DNA of 64,000 nt from Actinomycetota bacterium (lineage in GTDB: Bacteria > Actinomycetota > UBA4738 > JACQTL01): contig DASWED010000060.1 of the NCBI GenBank assembly GCA_036394995.1, positions 4,001 through 68,000 of the forward strand. Reading direction: 5' to 3'. Below are positions 35,294 through 44,535 of this stretch, in pieces; the first letter of the stretch is position 1, and each line of letters begins with the position of its first letter. Position numbers and translations under genes: made by a program. Under the pieces are notes generated by a model. That model did no database searches. It was not told the origin of the DNA and saw nothing but the letters and a program-made list of their open reading frames with translations.

Positions 35294-36742
35294 GTGCCGA
35301 CCAAGTCCCCCCGATCGCTCGCCGCGGTGGTGATGGCCGCCGGGCTGGGCAAGCGTCTGAAGTCGAGGCGGCCGAAGGTGCTGCACGAGATCGCCGGCCG
35401 GCCCGTCCTGTGGCACGTCCTCCGCGCGGCGGTCGCGGCGAAGCCGAAGCGCCTCGTGGTCGTGGTCCATCACGGGCGGGAGGAGGTCGAGGAGGCGGTC
35501 CGGTCCTGGTCGCTCCGGCCCGAGCCGGTGTTCGTCGACCAGGGGGAGCCGCTGGGAACGGGCCACGCGGTGCTCGCCGCCGAGCGCGCCATCGGCGACG
35601 CCGCCGACGTCCTGGTCCTGCCGGGCGACGAGCCGCTGGTCACCGGGGAACAGGTCCGGCAGATGCTGTCCATCCACCGCCGCCGGGACGTCGCCGCCGT
35701 GGTCCAGACCACCATCCCGGTTGACGCCCGCGGGTTCGCCCGGGTCATCCGCGACGCGCGGGGCGAGTTCGTCCGGCTGGCCGAGGGGACCGACGCCACG
35801 CCCGAGGAGCTCCGGGTGACGGAGGCGGCCACGTCGGTCTACGTGTTCCGGCGGGAGGACCTGTTCGGGGCCCTCCCGCTGGTGACGCGGGAGAATCGCC
35901 AGCGCGAGTACTACCTGCCCGACGTGCTGGGGATCCTGCACGACAAGGGGGAGCGCATCGCCGTCCAGCTGGTGGACAGCGGCGGCTCGGTCGGCGCGAA
36001 CTCCCGGCAGGAGCTGGCCCAGGCCGCCGAGGTCATGCGAACGAGGATCAACGAACGCCACATGGACGCCGGCGTGTCGATCGTCGACCCGGCCACCACG
36101 TTCATCGGGCCGGAGGTCCGCATCGGGGCCGACACCGTGATCCATCCCATGGCGTTCCTGGAGGGGACCACGCGGATCGGCCGGGCGTGCGGGATCGGGC
36201 CGTCGGCGCGGATCGTGGACAGCACCGTCGGGGACGGTTCCACGGTTCAATTCGCCGTGGTCAGAGGCTCCCGAATCGGGCGGGACGTGAACGTGGGCCC
36301 GTTCGCGTCGCTTCGCCCGGACACGGTCCTGGAGGACGGCTCGAAGGCGGGGACGTTCGTCGAGATCAAGGGGTCGCGCGTGGGGAAGGGCTCGAAGGTC
36401 CCGCACCTGTCCTACGTGGGCGATGCCGACATCGGGAAGGGCGTGAACGTGGGCGCCGCCACCGTCACGGTCAACTACGATGGGTGGGAGAAGCACCGCA
36501 CCGTGATCGGAGACGACGTGAAGATCGGCTCGGACACGATGCTCGTGGCGCCGGTTCGCGTGGGCAAGGGCGCGATGACCGGAGCGGGGTCAGTGATCAC
36601 GAAGGACGTGCCGCCGGGAGCGCTGGGGATCGAACGCTCGGACCAACGCAACATCGAGGGGTTCCGCGCGCGGCAGGAGGACAGGCATCGCGCGAAGAGC
36701 AAGGGAACGACAGCCGGGACGAAGGGAAAGGGCCGCGGGTGA
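35294..36742 (+). CDS. glmU: Bifunctional UDP-N-acetylglucosamine diphosphorylase / glucosamine-1-phosphate N-acetyltransferase
   Basis: 482 aa. Motif AAGLGKRLKS and left-handed beta-helix hexapeptide repeats in the C-terminal half. Confidence 0.95.
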   Translation: MPTKSPRSLAAVVMAAGLGKRLKSRRPKVLHEIAGRPVLWHVLRAAVAAKPKRLVVVVHHGREEVEEAVRSWSLRPEPVFVDQGEPLGTGHAVLAAERAIGDAADVLVLPGDEPLVTGEQVRQMLSIHRRRDVAAVVQTTIPVDARGFARVIRDARGEFVRLAEGTDATPEELRVTEAATSVYVFRREDLFGALPLVTRENRQREYYLPDVLGILHDKGERIAVQLVDSGGSVGANSRQELAQAAEVMRTRINERHMDAGVSIVDPATTFIGPEVRIGADTVIHPMAFLEGTTRIGRACGIGPSARIVDSTVGDGSTVQFAVVRGSRIGRDVNVGPFASLRPDTVLEDGSKAGTFVEIKGSRVGKGSKVPHLSYVGDADIGKGVNVGAATVTVNYDGWEKHRTVIGDDVKIGSDTMLVAPVRVGKGAMTGAGSVITKDVPPGALGIERSDQRNIEGFRARQEDRHRAKSKGTTAGTKGKGRG

Positions 36743-36770
36743 GGGCGACGGACTGGCAAGGGGGATCGCC

Positions 36771-37751
36771 GTGGAGATCGTGACGAAGAAGCACCTCATG
36801 CTCTTCGCCGGGACGTCGCACCCGGAGCTGGCAGAGGAGATCGGGAAGGAGCTCGGCCTGCCGATCTCGCCGTGCGAGATCCGCCGGTTCGCCTCCAGCG
36901 AGACCTACGTCCGGCCCCACGAGAGCGTGCGGGGAGCGGACGTGTTCATCGTCCAGACCCACGCGGCGCCGGTGAACGAATACATCATGGAACAGCTCAT
37001 CCTCATCGACGCCATGAAGCGGGCGTCGGCGAAGCGGATCACCTCCGTGATCCCGTACTACGGGTACTCGCGGCAGGACAAGAAGACGCTGGCCCGCGAG
37101 CCGATCTCGGCGAAGCTGGTGGCCGACCTGCTGTCCGCCGCCGGCACCGACCGGGTGATCTCGGTGGACCTCCACTCCGGGCAGATCCAGGGCTACCTGG
37201 ACGTGCCGTTCGACCACCTCACCGCGCTCCCGCTCCTCGAGGACTACCTGCTGAACGATGCCGGGCTCAACCACGAGGACCTGGTGGTGGTGGCGCCGGA
37301 CACGGGCCGGGTCAAGGTGGCGGAGCGGCTGGCCGGGCACCTCCAGGCCGACCTCGCCTTCATCTACAAGCGGCGGTCGCGCCACGAGGCCCACAAGATC
37401 GAGGCCATGGAGGTGGTCGGCGAGGTCGACGGGCGCCCCTGCGTGATCGTGGACGACATGATCGACACGGCCGGCACGGTGACCCAGGGCGCCCGGGCCC
37501 TGGCCGACCGCGGTGCGGTCGAGGTCTACGCCGCCGCCACCCACGGCCTGTTCAGCGGCAAGGCCGTGCCGAACATCGAGGAGTCGCCGATCAAGCAGGT
37601 CGTGGTCACGAACACGGTCCCGATCCCCGAGGACCGTCAGTTCTCGAAGCTGAAGTGCCTGTCGATCGCCCCGATCGTCGCCAGCGCCATCCGGGCCGTG
37701 TTCGAGGACCAGAGCGTGAGCGAGATCTTCCACGGCGAGAACATGCCGTAG
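36771..37751 (+). CDS. prs: Ribose-phosphate diphosphokinase
   Basis: 326 aa. Motifs YYGYSRQDKK and PRPP loop VDDMIDTAGT. Confidence 0.95.
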   Translation: MEIVTKKHLMLFAGTSHPELAEEIGKELGLPISPCEIRRFASSETYVRPHESVRGADVFIVQTHAAPVNEYIMEQLILIDAMKRASAKRITSVIPYYGYSRQDKKTLAREPISAKLVADLLSAAGTDRVISVDLHSGQIQGYLDVPFDHLTALPLLEDYLLNDAGLNHEDLVVVAPDTGRVKVAERLAGHLQADLAFIYKRRSRHEAHKIEAMEVVGEVDGRPCVIVDDMIDTAGTVTQGARALADRGAVEVYAAATHGLFSGKAVPNIEESPIKQVVVTNTVPIPEDRQFSKLKCLSIAPIVASAIRAVFEDQSVSEIFHGENMP

Positions 37752-37787
37752 GAGCGCCAGCACCGGCCGTTTCCCAACCGCCTCAGT

Positions 37788-39248
37788 TCAGTCGAGGCAC
37801 GTCGTCGTGACGCGTGCGACCCCGACGACCTGGTCTCCCGACCAGTCCGTTGCATACGCCTTCTCGAACGTGAGGGCGTCCTCGTTCCGGTCGTAATAGA
37901 CCGCCACCCGAACCGTGGCACCGGCCGGGATCACGGGGATCGAGCCCTGATCGCACGAGGGGTCCCCGACGACGAAGGGAACGGCTCCCATCGTGGTGAG
38001 ACGGTTCTTCGCCACGGTGATCGCGTCCTCGGTCTCGCTCTGACCGACGGCAACCTCCACCGCCCAGTACGTGCCCCCCTGGACCGGGTCGACCGGCTCC
38101 GGGAACGGCGCGTTCGGGATCGTGCTCGGTGACGTGTGCGGTTCCGGCGGGGTCTCGGTCGGGAGCGGGGTCCCGCCGAGCTGCTGTTCGCCGATCTCGT
38201 GCCCGTCGGCGTCCTCGGCGACGACCAGCGCGGGGGTTCCGCCGGGGACCTGGATCGAGAACAGCTCCATGGTGCGCACGAACGGATCGGGGACGAGCGT
38301 CGCCACGGTGTCATCCGGGAGCGTGCGGACGAGGGCGGTGCCTGCGGGAACGGCGCCGAACACCACGGTCTCGGTGGGAACGTCCCCGGTGCCCTGGAAC
38401 ACGTGGGAGGTCGCCTGGATGGGGATGTCGCCGTCGGTGCCGTACTCGATGCCGGCGCCACCGCGCTCGTCTTCGATCTCGAGTGAGGTCGTTCCATCCG
38501 CGCCGATCGACGCGGTGATCGTCCAGCGATGCCCGGCCACGATGCCCGTCGCGACGACCACGCTGCGTTGATTATTCCCCCGCAGCGCCGGCTGGGACTC
38601 GAACGTCATCGAGTCGAACGCGTCGAGGAGCGCCGCGCGATCTCCGTCGCTCGCGTCCGGGGCCACGCCGAGACGCCCGTCGAACGAACGCCCGCCGGCC
38701 GTCCACTGGGCCTGGGAGAAATCCCAGCCCGGGTAGCAGGCCGAGTCGTCCGTCCCGACCGGGAGCGGCCGGCGGTCCACCGGCCACGTGGGGAGCAACC
38801 GGTCGAGCGCGGTCACCTGGACCGTGAACAGCACGGCTCCTGCCCCCCCTTCCGCCATGCCGGGGCAGCCGAAGATCGTGGTGCCCTCGGGATCGCGGTT
38901 GGAGACGGCCAGGACGAGCCTGGGCTCCGTCTGGGGGCCCGGGCCGTTGAGCCCGAGCTTCGCGGGATCCTCGGCGAACCATCCCTCGGGGTACGTGACC
39001 GTGATGCCGTTGATCGTGGTCGAGGTGGTCCGTCCGGCGGGGAGGGAGGAGTCGTGGTGGGTGAGCGCCAGCACCGCCCCCACCGAGCCGGCCAGCAGCG
39101 CCACGACGACCACGGCGCCCAGGGCGATCGTCCTGGCCTGGCGGCGTCGGGTCCGGCGGATCAGCTCGGGCGGAGCGCTCGGCACCCGGACCTCGCCGAA
39201 CTTCCGCTGGAGCACCTCGCGGAGGTCCTGTTCGAGCCTGTCGGTCAT
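37788..39248 (-). CDS. Single-pass membrane protein coupled to the ECF sigma factor (putative anti-sigma/sensor)
   Basis: ATG 39248 forms an ATGA overlap with the sigma stop. 486 aa. Cytoplasmic MTDRLEQDLREVLQ..., then TM ARTIALGAVVVVALLAGSVGAVLAL, then a large extracytoplasmic domain. No HxxxCxxC zinc motif. The upstream part of track ORF 37788-40289 was rejected. Confidence 0.65.
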   Translation of the reverse strand: MTDRLEQDLREVLQRKFGEVRVPSAPPELIRRTRRRQARTIALGAVVVVALLAGSVGAVLALTHHDSSLPAGRTTSTTINGITVTYPEGWFAEDPAKLGLNGPGPQTEPRLVLAVSNRDPEGTTIFGCPGMAEGGAGAVLFTVQVTALDRLLPTWPVDRRPLPVGTDDSACYPGWDFSQAQWTAGGRSFDGRLGVAPDASDGDRAALLDAFDSMTFESQPALRGNNQRSVVVATGIVAGHRWTITASIGADGTTSLEIEDERGGAGIEYGTDGDIPIQATSHVFQGTGDVPTETVVFGAVPAGTALVRTLPDDTVATLVPDPFVRTMELFSIQVPGGTPALVVAEDADGHEIGEQQLGGTPLPTETPPEPHTSPSTIPNAPFPEPVDPVQGGTYWAVEVAVGQSETEDAITVAKNRLTTMGAVPFVVGDPSCDQGSIPVIPAGATVRVAVYYDRNEDALTFEKAYATDWSGDQVVGVARVTTTCLD

Positions 39249-39787
39249 CGTTCCGTCACCATCCCTCGCAGCGTCTCCATTCCTCTTGCCACCAGCGACT
39301 TGGCCGCGGCCGGGGAGCACCCCAGGGCCGCCGCCACGTCGCGTTCGGACAGGTCCTCGTAGTACCGGAGGACCACGGCGGCTCTCTGCCGCTCGGGCAG
39401 CCGGTGCACGGCGGACCACAGCTCCTCCCGCGTCTCGACATCCGGTGCGTCCGCGGCGGCCGGTTCGCCACGCCGGGCCTCCCGGGCCAGGTACGCCCGC
39501 TCCACCCGGCGGCGGCGGAGCTGCGACGTGAACAGGTTCACGACGGTTCGCCGGAGGTACGCCTCGAACGCGGCGGGGTCCCGGAGGTGCCGGAACCGGC
39601 CGGCCATCCGCACGAACGCCTCCTGGGCCAGGTCCTCGGCCTGGTACCGGTCGCCGGTCAGGAGGTAGGCCAGCCCGACCATGGCTCCCGCGTGGCGAGC
39701 GTACAGCTCGGCGAGCCCGCGCGCCTCCGCCGGCGCATCGGGCACTTCCACCGCTCCCGCGCGGATCATCGGAGTCCTCCGTCGCAT
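39245..39787 (-). CDS. ECF-type RNA polymerase sigma-70 family factor
   Basis: 180 aa. Region 2: DLAQEAFVRMAGRF. Region 4: LPERQRAAVVLRYYEDLSERDVAAALGCSPAAAKSLVARG. Confidence 0.9.
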   Translation of the reverse strand: MRRRTPMIRAGAVEVPDAPAEARGLAELYARHAGAMVGLAYLLTGDRYQAEDLAQEAFVRMAGRFRHLRDPAAFEAYLRRTVVNLFTSQLRRRRVERAYLAREARRGEPAAADAPDVETREELWSAVHRLPERQRAAVVLRYYEDLSERDVAAALGCSPAAAKSLVARGMETLRGMVTER

Positions 39788-39924
39788 GTCCCCACGAACT
39801 ATGGACGCACGAGCCTGCCCCCAGGTAGCGGATCCCAGGCACGCCCGTGCATGCGAGGGCGGATCGCGGGTACGGGTTCCAGCAAGGGGGGCTGTTCGAC
39901 GCTGTCGAGGGAAAGGAGCCCGTC

Positions 39925-40314
39925 ATGGCGGTCACGAAGCGCGCGAAGGCCACGATCGACCAGGTCGTCGGCGGAGTGAAGGAGACGGTCGGCCGGGTCA
40001 CCGGCAGGCAGGGAACCGAGGCCCGGGGCGCCATCCAGCGCGTGAAGGGGCAGGCGTCGGAGACCGTCCAGAAGGCCACCCGCATGGCGAAGCAGAACGT
40101 GGAGAAGGCCCGAGGGGCCGTGAAGTCGGCGACCCAGAAGGTCACCGGGTCGGCGAAGGGCGCGACGACGAAGGCCCGCGCCAAGACCCAGTCTGCTCCG
40201 AAGCGCGCCGCAGGAACGGCGAAGGCGTCCGCGAAGAAGGCAACCGGCCGGGCCAAGAGCACGGCCACGAAGACGACCTCCCGGGCCAAGTCGGCGGCGA
40301 AGCGGGCAAGCTGA
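39925..40314 (+). CDS. CsbD-like stress protein with Lys/Ala-rich basic tail
   Basis: ATG 39925 with GAAAGGAG upstream. N-terminal AKATIDQVVGGVKETVGRVTGRQGTEARGAIQRVKGQ (CsbD-like). The C-terminal ~55 aa are AKxA/TK repeats (KARAKTQSAPKRAAGTAKASAKKATGRAKS...). Confidence 0.7.
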   Translation: MAVTKRAKATIDQVVGGVKETVGRVTGRQGTEARGAIQRVKGQASETVQKATRMAKQNVEKARGAVKSATQKVTGSAKGATTKARAKTQSAPKRAAGTAKASAKKATGRAKSTATKTTSRAKSAAKRAS

Positions 40315-40340
40315 CCCCCCGATACCTAGTCCGGATCAGA

Positions 40341-41810
40341 CTAGATGTAGCCGAGCTCCGACAGGCGCTGCTCGATCTCGGCCCGTTCCTCCGGGGTGGT
40401 GGGCTCGGCGGGGCGGTCCCATTCGGCCCACGAGTCCACTGCCCGGTCCAGCTGCTCCCGGAGCCGGCGAACCGTCTCGACCCGTGAGGCCGTGAGGTCG
40501 ATCTCCTCGTTCGCGTCATTCGCGGTGTCGTACAGCCGCTCGGTCCCGTCGGACGAACGGACCAGCTTGAAGCGGCGGTCCCGGACCGCCATCAGGTCCC
40601 CGGCCAGGCCGTCGAAGTCGTAGGAGGGATTCCGCGAGGCCAGGCGGGCCCGTTCCCTCTCCGTCCAGGTCCGCCATTCGCAGAACGCGTACTCCTCGCC
40701 GAAACCGTCCCTGGTCTGCGAGAAGAGGTCGGTCCGCCGCCCCTCGAGATAATCGGCGGGCTGCTGGCGCCCCAGGAACCGGGCCAGCGAGGGGAGCACG
40801 TCCACCAGCTCGTACATCCCGCCGCGCTCGCCCTTCGGGAGCATCCCCGGCCCCCACGCCACGAACGGCACCCGGATCAGGTGGTCGTCGAGCGAGGCGT
40901 GGTGGTCGGCCAAACCGTGGCGGGCCCCGGCAACATGCCCGCCGCGGTGTTCCCCGAGGTGCTCGCCGTGATCCGAGGTCACCATGACCAGCGACCGCCC
41001 GTCGTCCCCGACGTGGCCGGTCTTCCGCAGCCCGTCCAGCAGCTCGTCCAGGTGCCGGTCGGCGTTCGCCACCTCGCCGTCGTAGTACGTGGAGTACACG
41101 TCGAGGTCGCGCTGCTCGGCCCGGGCCACGGCCTCCCACGGGCCGACCCGCGCGGCCAAACCGGTCCGGTACCGGAGCCCCTCCACCGGGCCGTAGCGGG
41201 GTCCGCCCATCCGCCGGGCCAGGCGCCGGGGCGGCGCGTACGACCAGTGGCACTCCAGGTAGTTCACGAACAGGAACACGGGCCGCCGGCACTCCTTGAG
41301 CCGGCGGCGCATCCACCGGTTCACGATCGTGCCGCCGGAGTCCCCGCCGAACAGCGCCTTCGGCACGCGGCGGGCCGCCCGGCGCCACCCGCGTTCGATG
41401 TCGAGCCGGAACGCGTAGTGGTCGAACCCGCGGGCCAATCCCGTCCGCTCCGAGATCAGGCCGTTGTTCGTCACGCACCACGTGTCGTAGCCCAGCGACC
41501 GCAGCCACTCGGCCAGCGTGACCTTCGCGCTGTCGCGGAGCTTCGGCCCAGTCTGCAACTGGCTCCCGTGCTGGCTGGGGTACAGGCCGGTGAACAGGCT
41601 GCCGTGGGAGGGGAGCGTCCAGGGGCCGTTCGCGATCATGGTCTCCGCGCGCAGCCCGTCCGAGGCCAGCGCGTCCACGGTCGGCGTGGTCGGCCGTTCG
41701 TACCCGTAGCACCCGAACCGGTCCCACCGGGCGGTGTCGAACACGACCAGCACGATGTTCGGGAGGTCACCGGACGGGGCCCGGGACACGGAGGAGGCTG
41801 CCGATGGCAC
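40341..41810 (-). CDS. Sulfatase-fold (alkaline phosphatase superfamily) protein lacking the formylglycine motif
   Basis: 489 aa. Metal site NIVLVVFDTARWD. The nucleophile region reads NGPWTLPSHGSLFTGLYPSQHG, so T-L-P-S-H replaces C/S-x-P-x-R. Confidence 0.85.
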   Translation of the reverse strand: MPSAASSVSRAPSGDLPNIVLVVFDTARWDRFGCYGYERPTTPTVDALASDGLRAETMIANGPWTLPSHGSLFTGLYPSQHGSQLQTGPKLRDSAKVTLAEWLRSLGYDTWCVTNNGLISERTGLARGFDHYAFRLDIERGWRRAARRVPKALFGGDSGGTIVNRWMRRRLKECRRPVFLFVNYLECHWSYAPPRRLARRMGGPRYGPVEGLRYRTGLAARVGPWEAVARAEQRDLDVYSTYYDGEVANADRHLDELLDGLRKTGHVGDDGRSLVMVTSDHGEHLGEHRGGHVAGARHGLADHHASLDDHLIRVPFVAWGPGMLPKGERGGMYELVDVLPSLARFLGRQQPADYLEGRRTDLFSQTRDGFGEEYAFCEWRTWTERERARLASRNPSYDFDGLAGDLMAVRDRRFKLVRSSDGTERLYDTANDANEEIDLTASRVETVRRLREQLDRAVDSWAEWDRPAEPTTPEERAEIEQRLSELGYI

Positions 41811-41850
41811 GGGCCTGAGGATAACGACCTGCCCGCGGGGCGAACCGGGA

Positions 41851-42993
41851 TCAGGTCAGGACGAGCAGGGGATGGCCCTTCGGCCCGAGGACCCGTGCGA
41901 ACGCCTCCGCGTAGCGGGCCACGACGGCCTGGAGCGCGAACGGGGCGCAGGCCTCCCTGGCGGCCGTGCCCATGCGGGCGCGGGCCTTCGGGTCGGCCAG
42001 GAGGCGGCACGCCGCGTCGGCCAGGGCCTCGAGGTCGCCCGGGCGGACCAGCGCTCCCGTCTCGCCGCGCCGGACGATGTGCGACACCTCGCCCACGTCG
42101 AACGCCACCACCGGCACGCCGGCCAGCCCGGCCTCCACCAGGACGCCGGGGGCGCCCTCGATCCGGCTGGTGGACAGCAGCAGGTCGGAGGCGGCGATGA
42201 TGCGGTCGGCGTCGTCGCGCGAGCCCAGCACCAGGATGCCGGGGCCGGCCGCCCCGGCGGCCCGTTCGACCGACTCGCGGAGCGGCCCGTCGCCGCACAT
42301 CGCCAGCGAGACCGGCCCGAACCGGGACCGGATCAGCGCGAAGGCCTGGAGCGCGGCGCCGGGCTGCTTCTCGTCGGAGAGCCTTCCCACCCAGGCCAGC
42401 ACCGGGTGTCCGGCGTCCGCGCCGATGGCCCGGCGCTGCTGTTCGCGTTCGGCCGGCGACAGTTCCGGGGGAGGCTTCCGGCTGGTGGGCACCACCTCGA
42501 CCAGGGCCGGATCCACGCCGAACCGCTCCACCAGCTCGTCCCGGAGGCCGTCACTGACCGCGATGATCAGGGCGGCCCGACCGTACATCCTGGCCAGGAG
42601 TCGCTCGCCCAGGCCGCCGATGGCGTGGGTGATCTTGCGGTACACGATGGGAACGCGCCGGCGGGGGTCGGCCAGCGCAGCGTACTTCAGCGGCTCGCCG
42701 CCGTGGGCCACGACCAGGTCCGGGCGGAGCCGCTCCAGGCCGGCCCGCATCCGGGCCACGGCTCCCGGGTCCACGCCGGTCCGGGGCTCCAAGCGACCCG
42801 GGGAGCGGGCCCCGGGAACCACGCGGACGGGCACGGCCAGCGGGCCCTCGCCGGGGCCGAACAGCGGGAACAGCACGTTCCGCGATGCCGGCTGCAGCGC
42901 CTCGGCCAGCTGCGCGGCGAACACCTCCGCCCCGCGCCGCACGATGCGCGGGACGACGTGCAGGATCCGGGGACCGGCCGGCATCGCATCCAT
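41851..42993 (-). CDS. GT4-family (GT-B) glycosyltransferase
   Basis: 380 aa. E-x7-E motif in STSRIEGAPGVLVEAGLAGVPVV. Confidence 0.85.
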   Translation of the reverse strand: MDAMPAGPRILHVVPRIVRRGAEVFAAQLAEALQPASRNVLFPLFGPGEGPLAVPVRVVPGARSPGRLEPRTGVDPGAVARMRAGLERLRPDLVVAHGGEPLKYAALADPRRRVPIVYRKITHAIGGLGERLLARMYGRAALIIAVSDGLRDELVERFGVDPALVEVVPTSRKPPPELSPAEREQQRRAIGADAGHPVLAWVGRLSDEKQPGAALQAFALIRSRFGPVSLAMCGDGPLRESVERAAGAAGPGILVLGSRDDADRIIAASDLLLSTSRIEGAPGVLVEAGLAGVPVVAFDVGEVSHIVRRGETGALVRPGDLEALADAACRLLADPKARARMGTAAREACAPFALQAVVARYAEAFARVLGPKGHPLLVLT

Positions 42994-43086
42994 CGACGGG
43001 GCATCGTACGGGAGCGGGCCCGGGGACCTCCGGCTCTCGCGCGCACCGAACGGCCGGGTTCCTCGTCCGACCGAACAAGCACCTGC

Positions 43087-44502
43087 TCAGCGTGAGAAGC
43101 CCGGGGCGGTGATCGCCGGGGGCCAGCCGATGTTGTCGGCCGGCGGGCTCGGGGGCAGGGGGCCGGGATTCAGCGGGGGGAGCGGGTCGGGTGCCAGCAG
43201 CTTCTTCGTGGGGCGGTGGAAGTCGAAGACGTGCTCGAAGTTGTGGGTGTTCCGTACCCGGTCGGTCAGGTGGTCGAGGTCGAAGTTGTCGGCGATGAAC
43301 CTGTTCGGCGAGGAGAACTCCCCGACCTCGTGGTCGATCATGCCGCGGTTGGCCCAGGGGGAGATCACCAGCATCGGAACGCGGACCCCGAGCCCCAGCG
43401 CGTCGACCCTGGGTGGCTCGACGGAGTCGTACGTGCCTCCCCATTCGTCCCACGTGACGAAGATCGCGGTGGAGCGCCACATCGGGCTGCGCATGATCGC
43501 GTTGATCACCTGCGTCGCCCAGTTCTGCGCCCAGATGGTCGAGTACGGGGGATGGTCGGACAGCTCGTAGCGCGGCGTCACCCACGTCACCGACGGCAAC
43601 CGGTTCGCCTTGATGTCGCGAACCAGGACATCGACGTCGCGAATGTGGTCGTCCCACAGCTCGGTGTTGAACACGCCGTCGATCGCCGTGTAGGCGTTCC
43701 AGATGTAGCCGGTCTCCCGCTCGTTCGCGGCGTAGAAGGCCCAGTCGACGTGCTTGCGCGAGAGCTGCTGGCCCTGCGTGTCGAACGTGAAGCACGGGCG
43801 GGTGTCGTCTGTTCCCGGCACGATCTTGCCGGTCTCGTAGTCCTGGATGACGACCTTCGCTCCCTCGGGTGCATCGCATCCCCACGTCTTCGCGAGCCCC
43901 CGGTCCCTCCGGGATTTCAGCATCTGCGGGGTCTGCTCGGGGTTGTCGAACGCTCCGCCCGAGGTGCCCGCGATCATGTACAGGTGGTTGGGGTACGACG
44001 CGCTGTTGGCCGAGGCGAAGAACCGGTCGCACAGGACGAAGTTCTCCGCCCAGTGCCACCAGTTCGCCATGGTGTCGCGCTCGTGCAGCGACATGGCGAA
44101 GTCGACGGCCGGGACATTGTCCTTCGTGTACATCGCGAAGCCGTCCATCCTGCCGCCGTGCACGTCGATCAGCGCCGCGGCCCGATCGTGGGGGAGGTCG
44201 CCCGGTAGCCACTCCGGCGCCGTGATGAGCGGCACCTCCTTGCCGGCCACGACGCCCACCCTCGTCCCGTCCGACACGCCGGGGTAGGCCCCGAACAGGT
44301 GATTGAACGATCGGTTCTCGAGCATCAGGTACACCACGTGCTTCACGGGCCACCTGGTGTCGACCCCCGCGGGACTCGGCCTCCGCTCGCCGTTCGACAG
44401 CAGCTCGCTGATCCCGAACGCGCCGGCGCCGGTCGCGGCGACCGCGCCCCCTGCGATCGCCGCGCGCTTCAGGAACCTCCGTCGGGAGACGCGGTGGGAC
44501 AT
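43087..44502 (-). CDS. Tat-exported phosphoesterase family protein (phospholipase C / acid phosphatase-like)
   Basis: Start at MSHRVSRRRFLKRAAIAGG (twin-arginine signal, ATG 44502). Motif YLMLENRSFNHLFG is typical of the phosphoesterase family. 471 aa. Confidence 0.85.
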   Translation of the reverse strand: MSHRVSRRRFLKRAAIAGGAVAATGAGAFGISELLSNGERRPSPAGVDTRWPVKHVVYLMLENRSFNHLFGAYPGVSDGTRVGVVAGKEVPLITAPEWLPGDLPHDRAAALIDVHGGRMDGFAMYTKDNVPAVDFAMSLHERDTMANWWHWAENFVLCDRFFASANSASYPNHLYMIAGTSGGAFDNPEQTPQMLKSRRDRGLAKTWGCDAPEGAKVVIQDYETGKIVPGTDDTRPCFTFDTQGQQLSRKHVDWAFYAANERETGYIWNAYTAIDGVFNTELWDDHIRDVDVLVRDIKANRLPSVTWVTPRYELSDHPPYSTIWAQNWATQVINAIMRSPMWRSTAIFVTWDEWGGTYDSVEPPRVDALGLGVRVPMLVISPWANRGMIDHEVGEFSSPNRFIADNFDLDHLTDRVRNTHNFEHVFDFHRPTKKLLAPDPLPPLNPGPLPPSPPADNIGWPPAITAPGFSR

Positions 44503-44535
44503 CCGCCCGGACCCTAGCAGCGTCCCGGGCCCGGA

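Noticed and set aside
39249-40289. N-terminal 347 codons of the 833-aa ORF 37788-40289
   Set aside because: It overlaps the ECF sigma gene (other frame) and the CsbD-like gene (other strand). The ATGA-coupled start at 39248 gives a sensible cytoplasmic-TM-exported topology.
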